A DNA stretch of 30,600 nucleotides, taken from positions 1 through 30,600 of the forward strand of contig NW_021832450.1 in the NCBI RefSeq assembly GCF_006345805.1. The letters are read 5' to 3'. Positions 9,815-23,936 of this stretch are shown in pieces. Under the pieces are notes generated by a model, which saw only the letters and a program-made list of their open reading frames with translations, was not told the origin of the DNA and did not search any database. A program made the position numbers and the translations under genes. Source of the DNA: Octopus sinensis. Its lineage: Eukaryota. Every line of letters starts with the position of its first letter. Position 1 is the first letter of the stretch.

Positions 9815-11539
9815 GACGGAAAGATTTATATATATTATAAAATTAAAAAATAGATGATATTAGAATGCTTATTTTTAATTTAATAAATTGATAATAAAAA
9901 TGACGATTTATTAACTGTCCGGATTTTAGTGTCGAGGGGTGTATTTGTGACAAAGATGTTGTGTTGGTTCAATGATATGTAATACGGAAAGATAAGCATG
10001 AAGAGGATACAAATAGAAAATACATTTTCAATCGATAAATACAAATTTCGTAGTTAGACCAGATTAATAAAATTAAAATAACGGAATTAAAAGAATAATT
10101 CCGGAATTTAAAATCATTAAAACACCAAACTTGAATAATCGAATGAATATCAATAAATTAAATATAAATTGTCAATTTAATTATAAAACAAAATGAAAAG
10201 ACCTCCATACAAAACGACAACAAAACGCCCCCCGGGATAACTTTTATTCTAATAAGGTTATCCATTAAAAAATGTTTCTCCGGTCCAATTTTTTAGTTTT
10301 TCAAAAAAAATTTAACCTCTTTATCCGGACACAGACCTAACCTGATTTCAATTTTTTCTGTCAAAAAAACTCAAATCAATTTTTAAAATAAGTTGTAAGG
10401 AACTAGATGTGTCTACGCAGATTAACCTTGAAGTTAGTTTATAACTGTTTTTTGTAACGGCCAACGAGACCTCTGGGATTTTGGAAGGGCCTTTTTGTTT
10501 TATGTTGGCTCTAATGAGGTCTTCGACTCATTTGGGAATACGCCTTCCACAAAATTACTTAACCATAATAGTCCAAATTCTTGTTTACCTTCTTTTATAA
10601 TAACTACTCCTGACTTTCCACATTTACACTGGGAATCGAATATTTTCCAATTTACTTTGATCTTCAAGTGATCGAACTTGAAATGAATTTTGTTTCATTT
10701 TTCAACCATAGGCTAAATTCTTCAATTAAAGGGTTATTTGGAATTTACCTTACAAGTCTAAAATTTACAAGCCAAAACAATATCATACAATAATTAAAAA
10801 TACAATAAAACCGAGTATAAAATACTACATAGTTTATTTATTACAATGTCTTTTACCTATGCAATGCTCGGTTTCGATTTTGTTTCATTTATAGGAATAC
10901 TTTTTTGCGGGTCTATATACGGTACATATAAGAGGGTTTATGTTAAGGATTTGAGTCTGAATATATCTATAATTATGACGGTCATTCATACTACTTTGCA
11001 AAAAACGCTGATTCAGGAAACTTTTTACAAAGACAATTGTGTTATGGAGGGGTACTACCCGGTTGATATAACAAGCGATGCAGAAAATAACGTAGTTGCA
11101 AGTTAGCAACTATTGTATTCGAGGTGTGCTCCGAAAGGACTATTTTATTGGAATAGATATCAAACTGATCCTGACACGTATATTAGTTATCACACTAGAA
11201 CGGAAATTGTAATTAACATAAAGCATAATCTATAGGTATATACAAACTTCTTAGAAGGCATAAGTTTCCAATGGTCTAGTGAGTGTTGCCGTAATTAAAC
11301 ACATAAGTGGAAAATGGACTCTCTTAAAAGAACCTTCACAAAACTTTTATATTTGCGAAAAAGTAATAGTCCCCATGTAATTTTTTTTAATTAAAAGTTA
11401 AAATATCATCGTCAGGCGTTAACATAACCTCAAATAAACTTCTAAATTGTAATGCACTTTAAATATTAAAATAGTAAATTACGACCATTTGTTTGTATCG
11501 GGGGACACTCGTATTATATTTATTCTGTATACCGAAACT

Positions 11540-12185
11540 ATATATTTTGGTTTCTCTGAAGTTTCTCAAGGTTTGGAATAGAAAAGCAGGAGCCCAAGCA
11601 GGGACAGCGTAGTTCATAGTTGTTCTGATAAACTGCTTGTATACAGTTACTAGACTCTCCTTATCCTGCCCAAATGACGTCCCCGCAATAGATCGAAGCA
11701 CATTGAGTTTTTTTTCTGGGATTTTTTACAGATGTATAAATATATTTCGAGAAAGATAAACAGCAATCAAATTTCAGACCCAAGATTTTGGGGATTTTTC
11801 AACTGGGAGAGGAATGTTCTAGGAATATTTTAGGCTCTAAGTTGAACTGATGACGGTCAGTTGTGAATAAAGTAGCAGATGATTTAAATGGGGAAGGTTG
11901 AAGAAGATTGCATTTCAGCCACGAGATAGAGTGTTTCATGTGTTCCTGTAGAAATCCAAAGCGGTGTTAATTTTTTGGTGGCGTGAGGCAATAATTATGT
12001 CATCAGCTTAGGAAAAAAGTAGAGTATTATTGTTTGTCGGGATACTGGACAGATGTAAGTTAAATAAGGCGGTGAAAGAACCGAGCCTTGGGAACCCCGT
12101 TAGGCAAGTATTTGTAACGTGAGTAAGAGAACATAATTGTCGTGCGACCAAGAAAGCCGTGTTGAGATTCACAAATGGGAGGAAA
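11540..12185 (-). mobile_element. Degenerate, internally deleted LINE reverse-transcriptase fragment (I/Ingi-like group)
   Basis: SQHGF is joined directly to NGVPQGSVLSP, so the motifs between them are deleted. S*ADD (from YADD), PKILGLKFD, LRSIAGTSFGQDKESL..YKQFIR..NYAVPAWAP, LEKLQ..QN. Confidence 0.8.
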
Positions 12186-12278
12186 TATTTTTGCCATTCC
12201 TATAAAATATGATGATTTTTTAATGAATAAACCTCTATTGGGGAAATTTTTAGATTATCATAAACGTTCATTAATATA

Positions 12279-15200
12279 CAGTGGGGTCACGCCCTTTGCA
12301 AATTTTGACTAATTTTAACAATTCTTTGCAAAAAAATTATTAAATACATTACTTTAAAAAATAAATTAGTAATATAGAACTTTTTAGATAAATTATTAAA
12401 AAACTATCTTAAGGGAATTATTATTATAGGCACTAATTAACGATTTATTTTTAAAGTCCAATTTTTGAGGGAAAAAGTAATGGCACGAAATCCAATTATA
12501 TTTAGTTTGCATTCCTTTTGCTAGCAGAACTGCTTCCAATCGTTTTTTGTAAGAAAAATTAGTTTTTGACATTCTACTTTAGAATATTTTTCTATTCTTC
12601 GTAGCAAATTGTTTTTAATTCCTGGATATTTTTTGGTTTTCTTAAGCCAACTTTTATTTTTAATATTTTCCATAAGTTTTCGATGGATTCAGGTCTGGCG
12701 ATTGACTGGCCATTCCAAACATTTATTTTTGTTTTTTTCTAACCATTTAACGGTTACTTTTGACTTGTACTTAGGATCGTTGTCATGGTGGAATGTCCAA
12801 TGTTGTTCAAATTTAAGTTCGCGACCGAAGGTAAAAGACATTTTTCAAAATTTCGCAATATTTAAGAGAATTCATCATTCCATCAATTACAAATAGTTCA
12901 CCACCACCTGTTGATGAAAAACAACCCCACAACATGATACTACCTCCCCGTGCTTTACGGTAGGTATGGTGCATTTTGGATATACGCCTGATTTGATTTG
13001 CGCCAAATTGAAGCGTGTAGTTCATTCCGAAAAGTTGTATTTTGATTCGTCCGACCACAAAATATTGTTTATGAATTCATTTTCTTTGTTCAAAAGATTT
13101 TTTTCATATTGGATTCGCGCTGAAAGGTGTATTTTCTTTAATAACGGAACTCGACGGGGCCTTCGCTTATTGATACTTCTTTGCGTAGTGTAGAAGTGAT
13201 TGTACGAAGGGACACTGACGTTCCTGTGATTTTTAATTATCGGCCAATTCTTTTCGAGTAATTTTGGGTTTGAAGTAACTAATCTTTTCATTAATGAAGA
13301 AGAACGCAGAGATATCTTTTTTGGAGCACCCGATCTTGGTTTTATATACATTTCCGCGTTGCTTCCATCGAGTAATAATATTTCGAACAGTACTTTTTAG
13401 CAATATCAACAATTTAGAATCTCTCCATAACTTTTACCGTTTTGGTGGGCAGTTAAACCAGTTCCCTCTAAGCTGCGCGCGTGCGCGGCCGCGCAGCAGT
13501 TTGCACCTTCTGCGCAGCGAAATTTTTTTCTGCGCAGTAGAAAGTATAATATTAAAAATTGCTATTTTTTTAATTTTTTATATGAATTTATATATTCTTA
13601 TTTTCATTTCAAAACGAAAACGTGTCTATAATATTGATATGAGACTTAAGAAAAATCTCCTTCTTTTAAGCCGGAATGTTTGATAGAGTACGTCGAAACC
13701 TTAACACCAGATTCAAAAATTCCCAACATGTGCAACTGGGTGATATTTTAGTTTTTCCGAAGACTGCGGAGTTGTTTGTAAAATATGTGGCGACGCTAAA
13801 GCGACTTGTGATTTTGCGAGTGGAAAAACCTGGGATATATGAAATTGGATTATCTGAAGAGACATATTACCCATAAAATTCATTCAGATTCAATAATAAA
13901 TTAAGAAGAATTCGAGCAGGAACTGGAATCAGCTGCTTGCTCACAGAGTCTAAGGATGACCGACAGATGAGATTCAAAATGAGTGATCGTGCACGAAGTA
14001 AAATTGAAAAGTGAAAATTCTCATTGACAATGTTATTTTGGCTCTCTCCATGAATGCTTCATTACTTTCTGTTATGAATATACATGATCATATGGCAAAA
14101 TATGTAGAACTTCCTGATAGCTGGCGAAGTAAAAATTATGCATTTGAGTTTGTTGAATGCATCGACTACGTGGTCAAAGAGATATGTATGCAGGAAATTA
14201 GAGAGTCTCGGTTCCATACACTCATTGTGGACGAAAGCAGATATATCCTAACCAAAATGCTTATTATATATATTAAATATCGTCCTACGGGGACAAATTT
14301 ATCACAAAACAGTTTTTGCTAGCATAATGAAACTTACAAGTTGTGACAGTAATCTATTTTCATTGCAATCAAGAAATTCTACATGACAAACAATCTTGAT
14401 TTTCAAAGATGGTAATGTTTACATCAGATGGGGCATCCGTTATGCTAGGAGAAGAATGGCGTGGCATCACTGATCCGTGCTGAGGTTCCTCATCTTACTG
14501 AACAACATTGCGTCGTTCACAGACAAGATCTAGGGATCGATGATGCATGGAAAAAAAATAATCTTGTGAAAAATATTGAAATATTACTCCGGACTGTTTA
14601 TACTGTTTTCAGTCGATCAAGTATAAAAAAAGCTGCATTTCAGGACCTGGCTAATGTTGTTGTTGAAGATGTCGTTTCATTTAAGCCACTAAATGAAGTG
14701 AGATGGATGTCTCGGCATTTTGCTGTTAAAGCTTTGATAAAAAACTACACAATTTAATTGAATATTTCAAGAAACAGGTTGAAGATGATAATGATCCGAT
14801 TGCAAATATATGCTTAAAACAACTTCAAAATCCTCTTATTCATGTTGCTTTAACTGTCTTAAATGAAATTTTGGCTGAATTAGCAGATTTGTGCACAGTT
14901 TTCCAAAGAAGCTGTATATCGACCATAGAAGCTGTACAGTTTGCCAGAGCAAAAATTCGAAGCTGAAATCTCAATATTTGGATGGAAATGAAATTTACTG
15001 GAGTGACAGTGTGAAGATGTTGTTATCAACAACTGGTTATGGAGATACAAATACAGATGAAATCCTATGCTTTATCGAGCATGTTTATCTGCATTTACAA
15101 GAAAGATTTCCAGCTGACGAATTAAGAGAATGGGTAGCATTTGACACTCAAGCAATTCAAAATCAGACAAACTTTGAATTTGGAAAGAGGAGATAATTAA

Positions 15201-16171
15201 ATTAGCGAAAAAATATGAAAATTTACTCTCTTCAGAAGTCCCACTCATAAAACTGCAGTCGGAATATACAATCTCAAGTTTATTTTAAAAGAAAAACTGC
15301 ACTCTGGTGCTTTGAAAACATTTGAAGATGTAATTTACTATATACTAGCGGAGAAAAAATTTTCAGCCACTGCAACATTGTGGATATTTGTGGCACATTT
15401 CAAGCGTCGAGTGCTGATGCTGAACGTGGATTTAGTTTGATGAACTGTATCAAAACTAAACTACGTAATAGACTTGAGATTGACCATTTGGAGATGATCA
15501 TGCGAATCAAGTTCTATTTAACAAGTGGGAACAGTGGATCTTGATCGAGTATACAAATTTTGGATACAAAATAAAAACAGAAGAGAATATCCAATTGACT
15601 AGACTATTTTTTTAACCATTGGTTTTTTAATTGTAAAATTTTCCCCCCCCAAAAATTTTTGCACACGTCACTTTATAACGCAGCACAATGCAATGTGCCC
15701 AGCGCGCATAGCTACCACTCGCTTAGAGGGAACACTGGTTACAACTTGTTGTTTTAGGTCCAAAGAATGCTCTTTCTCATCGACGAGATAATTTTAATAA
15801 AAGGCGAAAAATAAAAGTATATTTATACTAATCGGAATCTACTAATCAATTATATTAATAGAACTAAGAATCAATTATTTCAAAGAAAAAACAAGGCACC
15901 AAAAGATAATCATTTGTATCTTATTTCAAAAAAATCCATATTTTTTGATAGTGTCATCACTTTTTTACACATCAAATTTGACGTTTTTCTAAATATGAAG
16001 CAAAAACAATTATATTTATTTGAAATTCATGAATATAATAAGCACGAAATGGGTTCAAAAGATGCAAGATTTTATTGTGTAGCATGATGAACTAAATCGA
16101 AAAAGTTATCATTGTAAAAATATATTGAATTAAAAAAATGATAGGTGTGCCATGAATTATTTGCCCCACTG
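12279..16171 (-). mobile_element. Tc1-family (DD34E) DNA transposon, degenerate, interrupted by a hAT insertion
   Basis: Both ends are CAGTGGGG inverted repeats flanked by TA (12277-78, 16172-73). Transposase pieces: KEHSLDLKQQVV/TAHQNGKSYGEI, RSGAPKKIS, LWSDESK, GGSIMLWGCFS, QHDNDPK, NP.ENLW, RLEAVLLAKG.TKY (~12497). About 1.6 kb once the hAT is removed. Confidence 0.88.
13459..15737 (+). mobile_element. hAT DNA transposon with a degenerate ZNF862-like transposase (~13680-15590)
   Basis: TIR CAGTGTTCCCTCTAAGC; the left copy lacks TG. TSD GTTACAAC at 15738-15745; the left copy reads GTTA-AAC. Motifs FHTLIVDES, FTSDGASVMLG, HCVVHRQDLG (CxxH), RWMSRH, and hATC ASSADAERGFSLMN.IKTKLRNRL. Confidence 0.88.
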
Positions 16172-16513
16172 TATGTCACCGGTTTTAGAGCGGACCCGGT
16201 TTTTGGGAAGGACAACCAAAAAATTGTATAAATCGTTTTATTTTATCCTGAAAATAGTTATACAATAAATTAGACCATGTTTAAATAATTTCTTAAGCTG
16301 TTTCTGATTTTATCATTGCTCACAAACCAACATACCCTTCAAAAGTGTTTTTTTAAATTTTAAATAAGTAATTTTATTTGATTTTTGTGTAAAATATTAA
16401 AAACATTATATTTTTATTTAATGATTTTAAACTTAAATATTTTAAAAATCAAATCTTAAAATAACTGTCAATAAAAACTATTCTAACCCACATTTTGATA
16501 AAAATTCAACTCA

Positions 16514-16540
16514 CTAGTCCCCTATGCGGCCTACGGCCGC
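16514..16540 (-). mobile_element. Helitron-type 3' terminus: GC-rich hairpin followed by CTAG|T
   Basis: Minus strand GCGGCC-GTA-GGCCGC is a perfect 6-bp stem (16540-16526). After 8 nt comes CTAG (16517-16514) and then T. It is a GC-rich island in AT-rich sequence. The 5' TC end was not located. Confidence 0.6.
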
Positions 16541-16985
16541 GGTATCTCTTCCTTGAAGAATTTTAAAATTTAGTTAAACTTTTTATTCTAGAAATATTAA
16601 TATTCTTATGGACATTTCCATTTTCATCTTCTAAAGAATAGTTGTAATTATTTTCTTCGATAATTTTATATTTGTTGTTTTGACATTATCAAATAAGGGA
16701 AGCCTCTATTGTTGGTATTAGCATCGATGTCATGTTTATAATGACCAATCTCCGATTTTTTATTTTCTTCATCGTGGCTCCATTTTCTTTTGTTTTTCAT
16801 TTTCTCGCCTGCTTTTGTGATGTTTTTAAAACATTCACATTTTCAGATGAAATATTATCCGAGTTTGCTTGATAACAAATTTCCGCGTTTTCATCTTCAG
16901 CGTCAAAAGCCATTAGACCTTCAAGTTGTTTTGTATTTGGCAGAAAATCACTTCCATAATTCATAAAATGCTGAATAGTCTATGC

Positions 16986-17333
16986 TCTGGCTTTCGACGA
17001 TCCAGGCTGACTCAGGCATCCCTGCCTGTCCGCTGGGGCGGCCTTGGCTTGAGATCCTATTTTGATCTTGCCCTCCCGGCATTCCTATCCGCCCATCACG
17101 CTTCTCGTACTCACTCAGACATCGTTCTTAGAACCTCCCCGAACGGAATTGTCTGAAGTTTACTCTGCTGCCCGTGGTCGGTGGGAGGCTCGGTTTGGTT
17201 CGAAGCTGCCCATTCTCAATCTGTACAGCGTCAATAGGACAATTCTTCTTGTCAGGCAATCTTCGAAGGCCTGCTTCCTGTCTCCAATCAACACCGTGTC
17301 GCTTGCCTTCGTGCGGTCGCTGTGAATGCAGCG
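16986..17333 (+). mobile_element. Internal fragment of the same CRE-like retrotransposon, with neither end
   Basis: Aligns nearly base for base with 1130-1483, with scattered substitutions and one-base indels. No RLE, 3' UTR or poly(A). Confidence 0.92.
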
Positions 17334-17352
17334 TGATGAGTGGACTGACTAC

Positions 17353-17591
17353 CGGACTATGTAGAGAGGATCCTCCCGCATTTTGGCCTGCATGTCCATG
17401 TATGCCTTCATTTTGAGGTGTTTTTTGCTCTCCTCAGCTATTTGTGATCACACTCGAATGATACCCAAATTCGTTACATCTTCATTTGTAATTCTCTTTC
17501 CTAGTAGGAAATCTTCTCTATTTATCTTGTTGTCGTACATCCAATTCACATTCTCACCTTTATCTCCATCTTTGACACAACCACACAACTC
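17353..17591 (-). pseudogene. CWC25: Two-exon fragment of splicing factor CWC25
   Basis: ELCGCVKDGDKGENVNWMYDNKINREDFLLGKRI...L | 27-nt intron (17464-17438) | AEESKKHLKMKAYMDMQAKMREDPLYIVR matches CWC25 LDWMY..NRDEYLLG..DM..KIREDPL.IIR. The N-terminal KKSWHP exon and the C-terminal exons were not found in the window. Confidence 0.75.
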
Positions 17592-17699
17592 CTAATGATT
17601 TATGTATTTTATTTGATAATTAATTATTATCCAAGAACAATTTAAACAAACCTAATCTTTCCATGCGGAGATTTGTGTCAACTTAGCCGAGTTCACTTA

Positions 17700-19080
17700 G
17701 TCAGGTCAACATTGTCTGAAATAGATCATGACTACTGCTGTGCTCTAAGTCAATAATTCCTCAATGGGATCAATAAAGATTTTCAAGGCAATATGAAATC
17801 CGTTTAAATGGCAAGTTCCTCCACATTGCGGACGTCCGAATGGTGAAGAAGCTCAATCGATTGTACGATTGGGGCTAAAAATCGACTTTTTGAATTTAAA
17901 GGTTGAGTGTTACAGTTTGGCCACATAGTACGTTTCCTGAAAAAATCAGGAGAAATGTCTATTTTGCTCTGGCGTACATGTTGGAACAGATTGCAAAGTC
18001 TCAAACAAAAAATGTTTTAACTGCGGTTCTCTAAGCCATTTGGCTAATTATCTGGGCTGTCAGATGGCAAAAGAACCAACAAAGCTAAATTATTGGCACT
18101 AAAACTGCTGAAAGCTGCATTTGAAAATGCCAAAATCAATCAAATTGATAAACAAAATCATCTTTGAAGCCATGGGGAGGTTGGAATATTCCAGCAGATA
18201 AAAAAACTACTGGATTTGAAGTTCAGAAGGAGGGAACGACAATGCCTCATCAACTGTTCAGACATTGTCATCTCCGGGAACTGGACCTCAGTCAGGTCGA
18301 CTTTGATCTGATATATTCAGTGATCTCAAAGATCTATTAAGGACGTGGCCAGAACAACAAGATGCCAAGCTTTTACTTGGTTGGTGTCTCTCCTAAAAGA
18401 GGGGGACAGCCGCCAAATAGATCAAATATAACCAGGATCCCTGATTAATGCCCGCTCCCTTCGAAAACGGGCACCAGAGCTGATAGCTCTTCTTAGCTTA
18501 TCATTAATGAGACGAAAATGAAAAAGTCTGGAAGTATCGTTATTCCTGGATACAACTCAATTGATATTCCTGGTACTAACACTGGCACGGGAATATCAAT
18601 CAGGAACATCAAGTTCGGAATCCAAGAATCATTGAACAAAACTTATGTGAATTAGTATCCATTGATTAGAAAACTTCTATTGGATGGATAACCATTGGAG
18701 GTATAGAAGGTTGAAGGACTATTCGCGGATCGTTAAAATTTTTATGGAAGAAAATGAAAACCCAATTGAGACTGCAATGCCAAACATAGTAAATATGGAA
18801 GGGTCAATCTAATCGACAAATGCTCCAAAAGGAAACTTGTATTGACAGTGGAATAATAAATTCGAGAAAAATCTAAAACATCTCGGAATAGTTGTGGATG
18901 CATTTTGATCTTTTAAAAATCATATAATCAGCAGAAAAAAACTGCTACCGCAATGCTGAAAGTTTTCGAACGATTTAAATTGAAACCGGAGACCTTTCAA
19001 TACTCTACGTGCATAGAACCATTCCTGATCAATGAATTTCAGGGATGAAGGATGGATAGAACGCAAATTCACTAACGTAG
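17700..19080 (+). mobile_element. Highly degenerate LINE remnant (Jockey/I-like): ORF1 zinc knuckles, APE start, RT C-terminus
   Basis: QFGH..KCLFCSGVH...C...KCFNCGSLSHLANYLGC (~17910-18065); INARSLRKRAPELIALL and INETK..PGY..GTGISI (~18445-18610); KHLGIVVD...F.NHI (~18875-18930). Boundaries are approximate. Confidence 0.65.
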
Positions 19081-19120
19081 ATTAACAAAGGTTAAATATA
19101 AATTTTTAGTATTTAATTTC

Positions 19121-20617
<1,497 letters not shown>

Positions 20618-20914
20618 GTCGGCCTGTTGCCACTCGACTCACGTGCTAATATTATTTTATTACAATTATGATCTGATTTTTTGTTTTATATAAATGGATT
20701 TTTATTTTCCAAAATGCCTTCCATTTTGTTTTGTCCCCTCAATATAGCCAGACAATACTCAAAAAGGGTCATTTCCACCATCTTTATTTCAAATCGATTT
20801 ATGGGGAATCGACGGACATAATGACTTAAAAGATATGTTTATGTATCCAGGCTCGTAACTAGTAGTAACCCCAGCAATGACTTAAATAATATTCAATCAG
20901 CCGTATATTTGAAT

Positions 20915-22974
20915 ATGCGCACAAATAGGAGGCATCATCACTCCAATCAAGAACATGTTCAAACAGAGAGAAGAGATAACCGAATCGAAATTGACCGTCT
21001 GAGGGCTCGGATCCAAGTCCTGCTTAACAAGAACACATATTTAGAGGACCAAAACACTTCCTATTCCCAACAAATAAGATTACTCCAATCAGTGGGTGTT
21101 CGAGAGATCACTTTTAGACTCGTCTGACTGAAGATGAAGACAAAATACGGCAAACAGACAAACGAATCGACTCCTATATAAAAGTATTGCGTAATGTCAC
21201 CATCAAGGATAACGTGGTTCTTGAAAGAAAACGCGGACTGGCCGAACAGGCGTTAGTGAGGGAACAAGAGAGGAGCACTGAGCTGGAAAAATTGTTAAAA
21301 AACGTCCACAAATCCAAGGACCAACTATCCTCTCGATTAGAGAGACAACTTTCGACCAGTTCGTAGTCAGTTCACAAACTTAGACAAACAAATCCTGAAC
21401 GAAATGCACGATTTGAAGACCAAACGAACATGTAGACGCGAAATAAGTTTTTTGATGGAAGACCACCTCCGGGATGTGGAAGACGAGTGTGCACACTACA
21501 GAACAGAGATCGCCGACCTTCTGAGAGCAATGGAGGTGATCAAGCCGACAAGAGGAAGATCTCAAAGTGTCCACGAAAATGTGAAAGCCGAAAGAGACGA
21601 ACTGCGCATAAAAGTGGCAGACATGGAAGAACAAATGACAAATGTATATCTCTACAAATATGCAGATTCGGAGGACGATTGCAGACCTGAGACACACGGA
21701 ACAAGAGAATAAACAATTACTGTTCTCCACACAGCACAACGACGAACAAAACGAGGAAATTCTGAAGGAGTTGGAGGAGGCTCGGAATATGCTCAAAGAC
21801 ACACGCGAAAGGAGGTACAAATATTTCATAATAAAAGTGACCTCGCCATCAAAGAACTCGAAAAGAGTTTGTTTATGAGTGACAGTCACGTGCTTGCTCT
21901 CAAAAACGAGTTGGACAACAAACAACAAGAATTGGCCAAGCAATCAAACACACTCAGTCAACTGGAAAGCGACTGCGACAATCTGAGAAACTCCATCAAA
22001 GCGTTCGAAACTGAGGAATACCAGGAGAGGACATCCCAGCAGAATCTCGAACTGGTCAGTCTGGTGACGAGAGTATTCAGGAGCACGACTTGAGTGAGGC
22101 TCTTCACCAAAACAGAGAATTGGCGAGGGTAATAAAACAGTCGGAGGCTGCTGCACTTTCCGAAAAGACCAGACAGGACGCCGAAATGGCAGAAATCAAA
22201 AGACAGGTGCAAAATTCCGAGAAATTGGGCAAGGAGATTGCAGCATTAGAACGGGAAAATCGGGAAGTACTTCTGGTTGCCACAAAGACGTAGTTTTTTG
22301 AAGAAAAGCGAGATTGGAAAGAGAATTGTATCGACTGAATTACACAGTGGGGACTTTGGAGAATCAAGTAATGATGTGGGAGACGAGAAATAAACTGGCC
22401 GAAGACAAGGCCAGGACGGACATGCAACTCGAACTAAAACAGGGAAATGAGGAGTTGCGGAGTCGACTGGCCGAGCAGGAGGACAGCACACAGAAGGGAG
22501 GACTGTGAATGACATTTATAGTTGGAGGAGGAGGTCGACCAACAGGCCAGGGAGATGAATGACCTGAAAAGGCAGATCGAGGAGGGGAGACAGAAATGTC
22601 AATTCCTCGACGACACACTGCAGGCAGTCAGACACACGCGAACACAGCAAGAATCGAGAATCGACAAAAAACAGTCAAAAATTGATACCCTCGAAGAGAA
22701 AGTGGCCTCTTTGCAAAAGGAAAAGTATTTTTTGCGATTACCGGGTTAAAGCGGACTACTTCAGAGAGATTTGAAACTCACACAGGCTTCCTGCACTGGC
22801 ATCGAATCGGATTTAAGGCAACTTAGGACGCGTTTTCTGGACGAGAAATTGCAAAAGTGGGAATTTTTATTAATCTTTGTTAGAGAACGGGCTGCTGACG
22901 AATTGAGAAAATTGCGTCTCGAATATGATTTTGAAAAATCAGAAAAAGGATTTGATAAATCATTGTTGAATTAA
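20915..22974 (+). CDS. Long coiled-coil protein, about 10 short introns; C-terminus weakly resembles CEP135/TSGA10
   Basis: E/K/Q/R/L-rich heptad-like exons linked by 22-27 nt GT-AG introns. C-terminal LRTRFLDEKLQKERAADELRKLR recalls CEP135 ..ERYERERAIQEMRR. One junction (22497-22521) is unresolved, and the family call is weak. Confidence 0.7.
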
Positions 22975-22994
22975 ATTACTAATTTGATTTTTTA

Positions 22995-23028
22995 AATAAA
23001 ATATAATCAAAACAATTTGTTGTTAGTC
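22995..23028 (+). promoter_or_regulatory. Intercistronic-like segment: AATAAA, U-rich tract, then an AG acceptor 2 nt before the PITHD1 ATG
   Basis: aataaa at 22995-23000; aatttgttgttag|tcATG with AG at 23025-23026. Only 54 nt separate the upstream stop codon from the ATG. Confidence 0.45.
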
Positions 23029-23695
23029 ATGATGCACAATCATTCTGGTGGTTGCTGTTGTGGAGAAAAGAGTAACTCTGGTCAGGAAGAAGGCTACAGT
23101 CTATACCAAAGAATAGACTTTACATCTCTGATATGCCTGAACGAAAAAAGACGAGGCACAGGAAGAACTGTGTTTAAACCGTACGAGCAACGCCACAGTC
23201 CCGATTATGTCGAAAGTGACGTTGACCCCGAACTATTGTTCAGCTTCTCGTACATTCCCCGGAATAAGTGCGTAGATTCACAGGGTCAGTCAACTTGGAG
23301 TCGGTCATGCTCTACGGGGGAGTCGGCAGAGCCCATCCCTCCAAACTCAAAATGTAAGCATTACACTCAGCGGTAGCTATAAAAACGTGACCTTCACGAA
23401 TTTTGGGAGAATCCCCCCGAAGGCGGACGTGGAGTTTGTGGTGGGGAATTCTGCGAATGAGGTGATGGTGTTCAATACAAGCACAACCCAACAAATGAAG
23501 AACATAACCAGTCTGTCCCTCTACTTCCCAGAGAACTACGGGGCAGAGTCCACTCGCATTTACTACATTGGACTGAAGGGGCAGTTCGACCGACTCAACC
23601 GTCCGGGAATACTCCTCTACAACTATGAACTCACTCCTAACCCTTCCGACGTGTCTTCCCCCGTTGATTCGGCCGTCGATAAAACTATCTTTTGA
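23029..23695 (+). CDS. PITHD1: PITH domain-containing protein 1
   Basis: MMHNHSGGCCC..YSLYQRID..CLNE..VFKPYEQR..VESDVDPELLF | FTGSVNL..HPSKLKI | YKN..NYGAESTRIYYIGLKG..NYELTPNP. Introns of 26 and 23 nt. Confidence 0.92.
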
Positions 23696-23750
23696 CATTT
23701 CTTATTTGTGTTCTCTCTGTTGTGTAGTGAGGGGAATTGTCAGCTTATTG

Positions 23751-23921
23751 GTAAACAAAACTTGCTTCCACAGCGGGATGTTTATTCAAACAGTGGGAGT
23801 GATCTGGTTAAGGATTGAGTGCTTCATAGTGCAGGAAGGAGGTGGGTGTTAACATATGGGGCACTCGCCTAAGGATTGAGTGCTTCTCTAGATGGTCTCA
23901 AGGGGGGGTGTTAATGTGGAG
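23751..23921 (+). repeat. Degenerate ~60-nt tandem repeat
   Basis: taaggattgagtgcttc is identical at 23809-23825 and 23870-23886; gggtgttaa at 23844-23852 and 23906-23914; a third tgcttc..ag at 23763-23773. Confidence 0.7.
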
Positions 23922-23936
23922 GTAAATTAGGGAAAA

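Noticed and set aside
10846-11220. Secreted-protein-like ORF (hydrophobic N-terminus)
   Set aside because: No recognisable family or convincing exon structure; short ORFs like this arise by chance in AT-rich DNA.
20686-20724. Upstream MEGILE.. exon supplying an S6K TOS-like N-terminus
   Set aside because: It stops after 12 codons, has no GT donor before the stop, and lacks the FDIDL motif. The apparent absence of a TOS motif cannot be claimed without transcript data.
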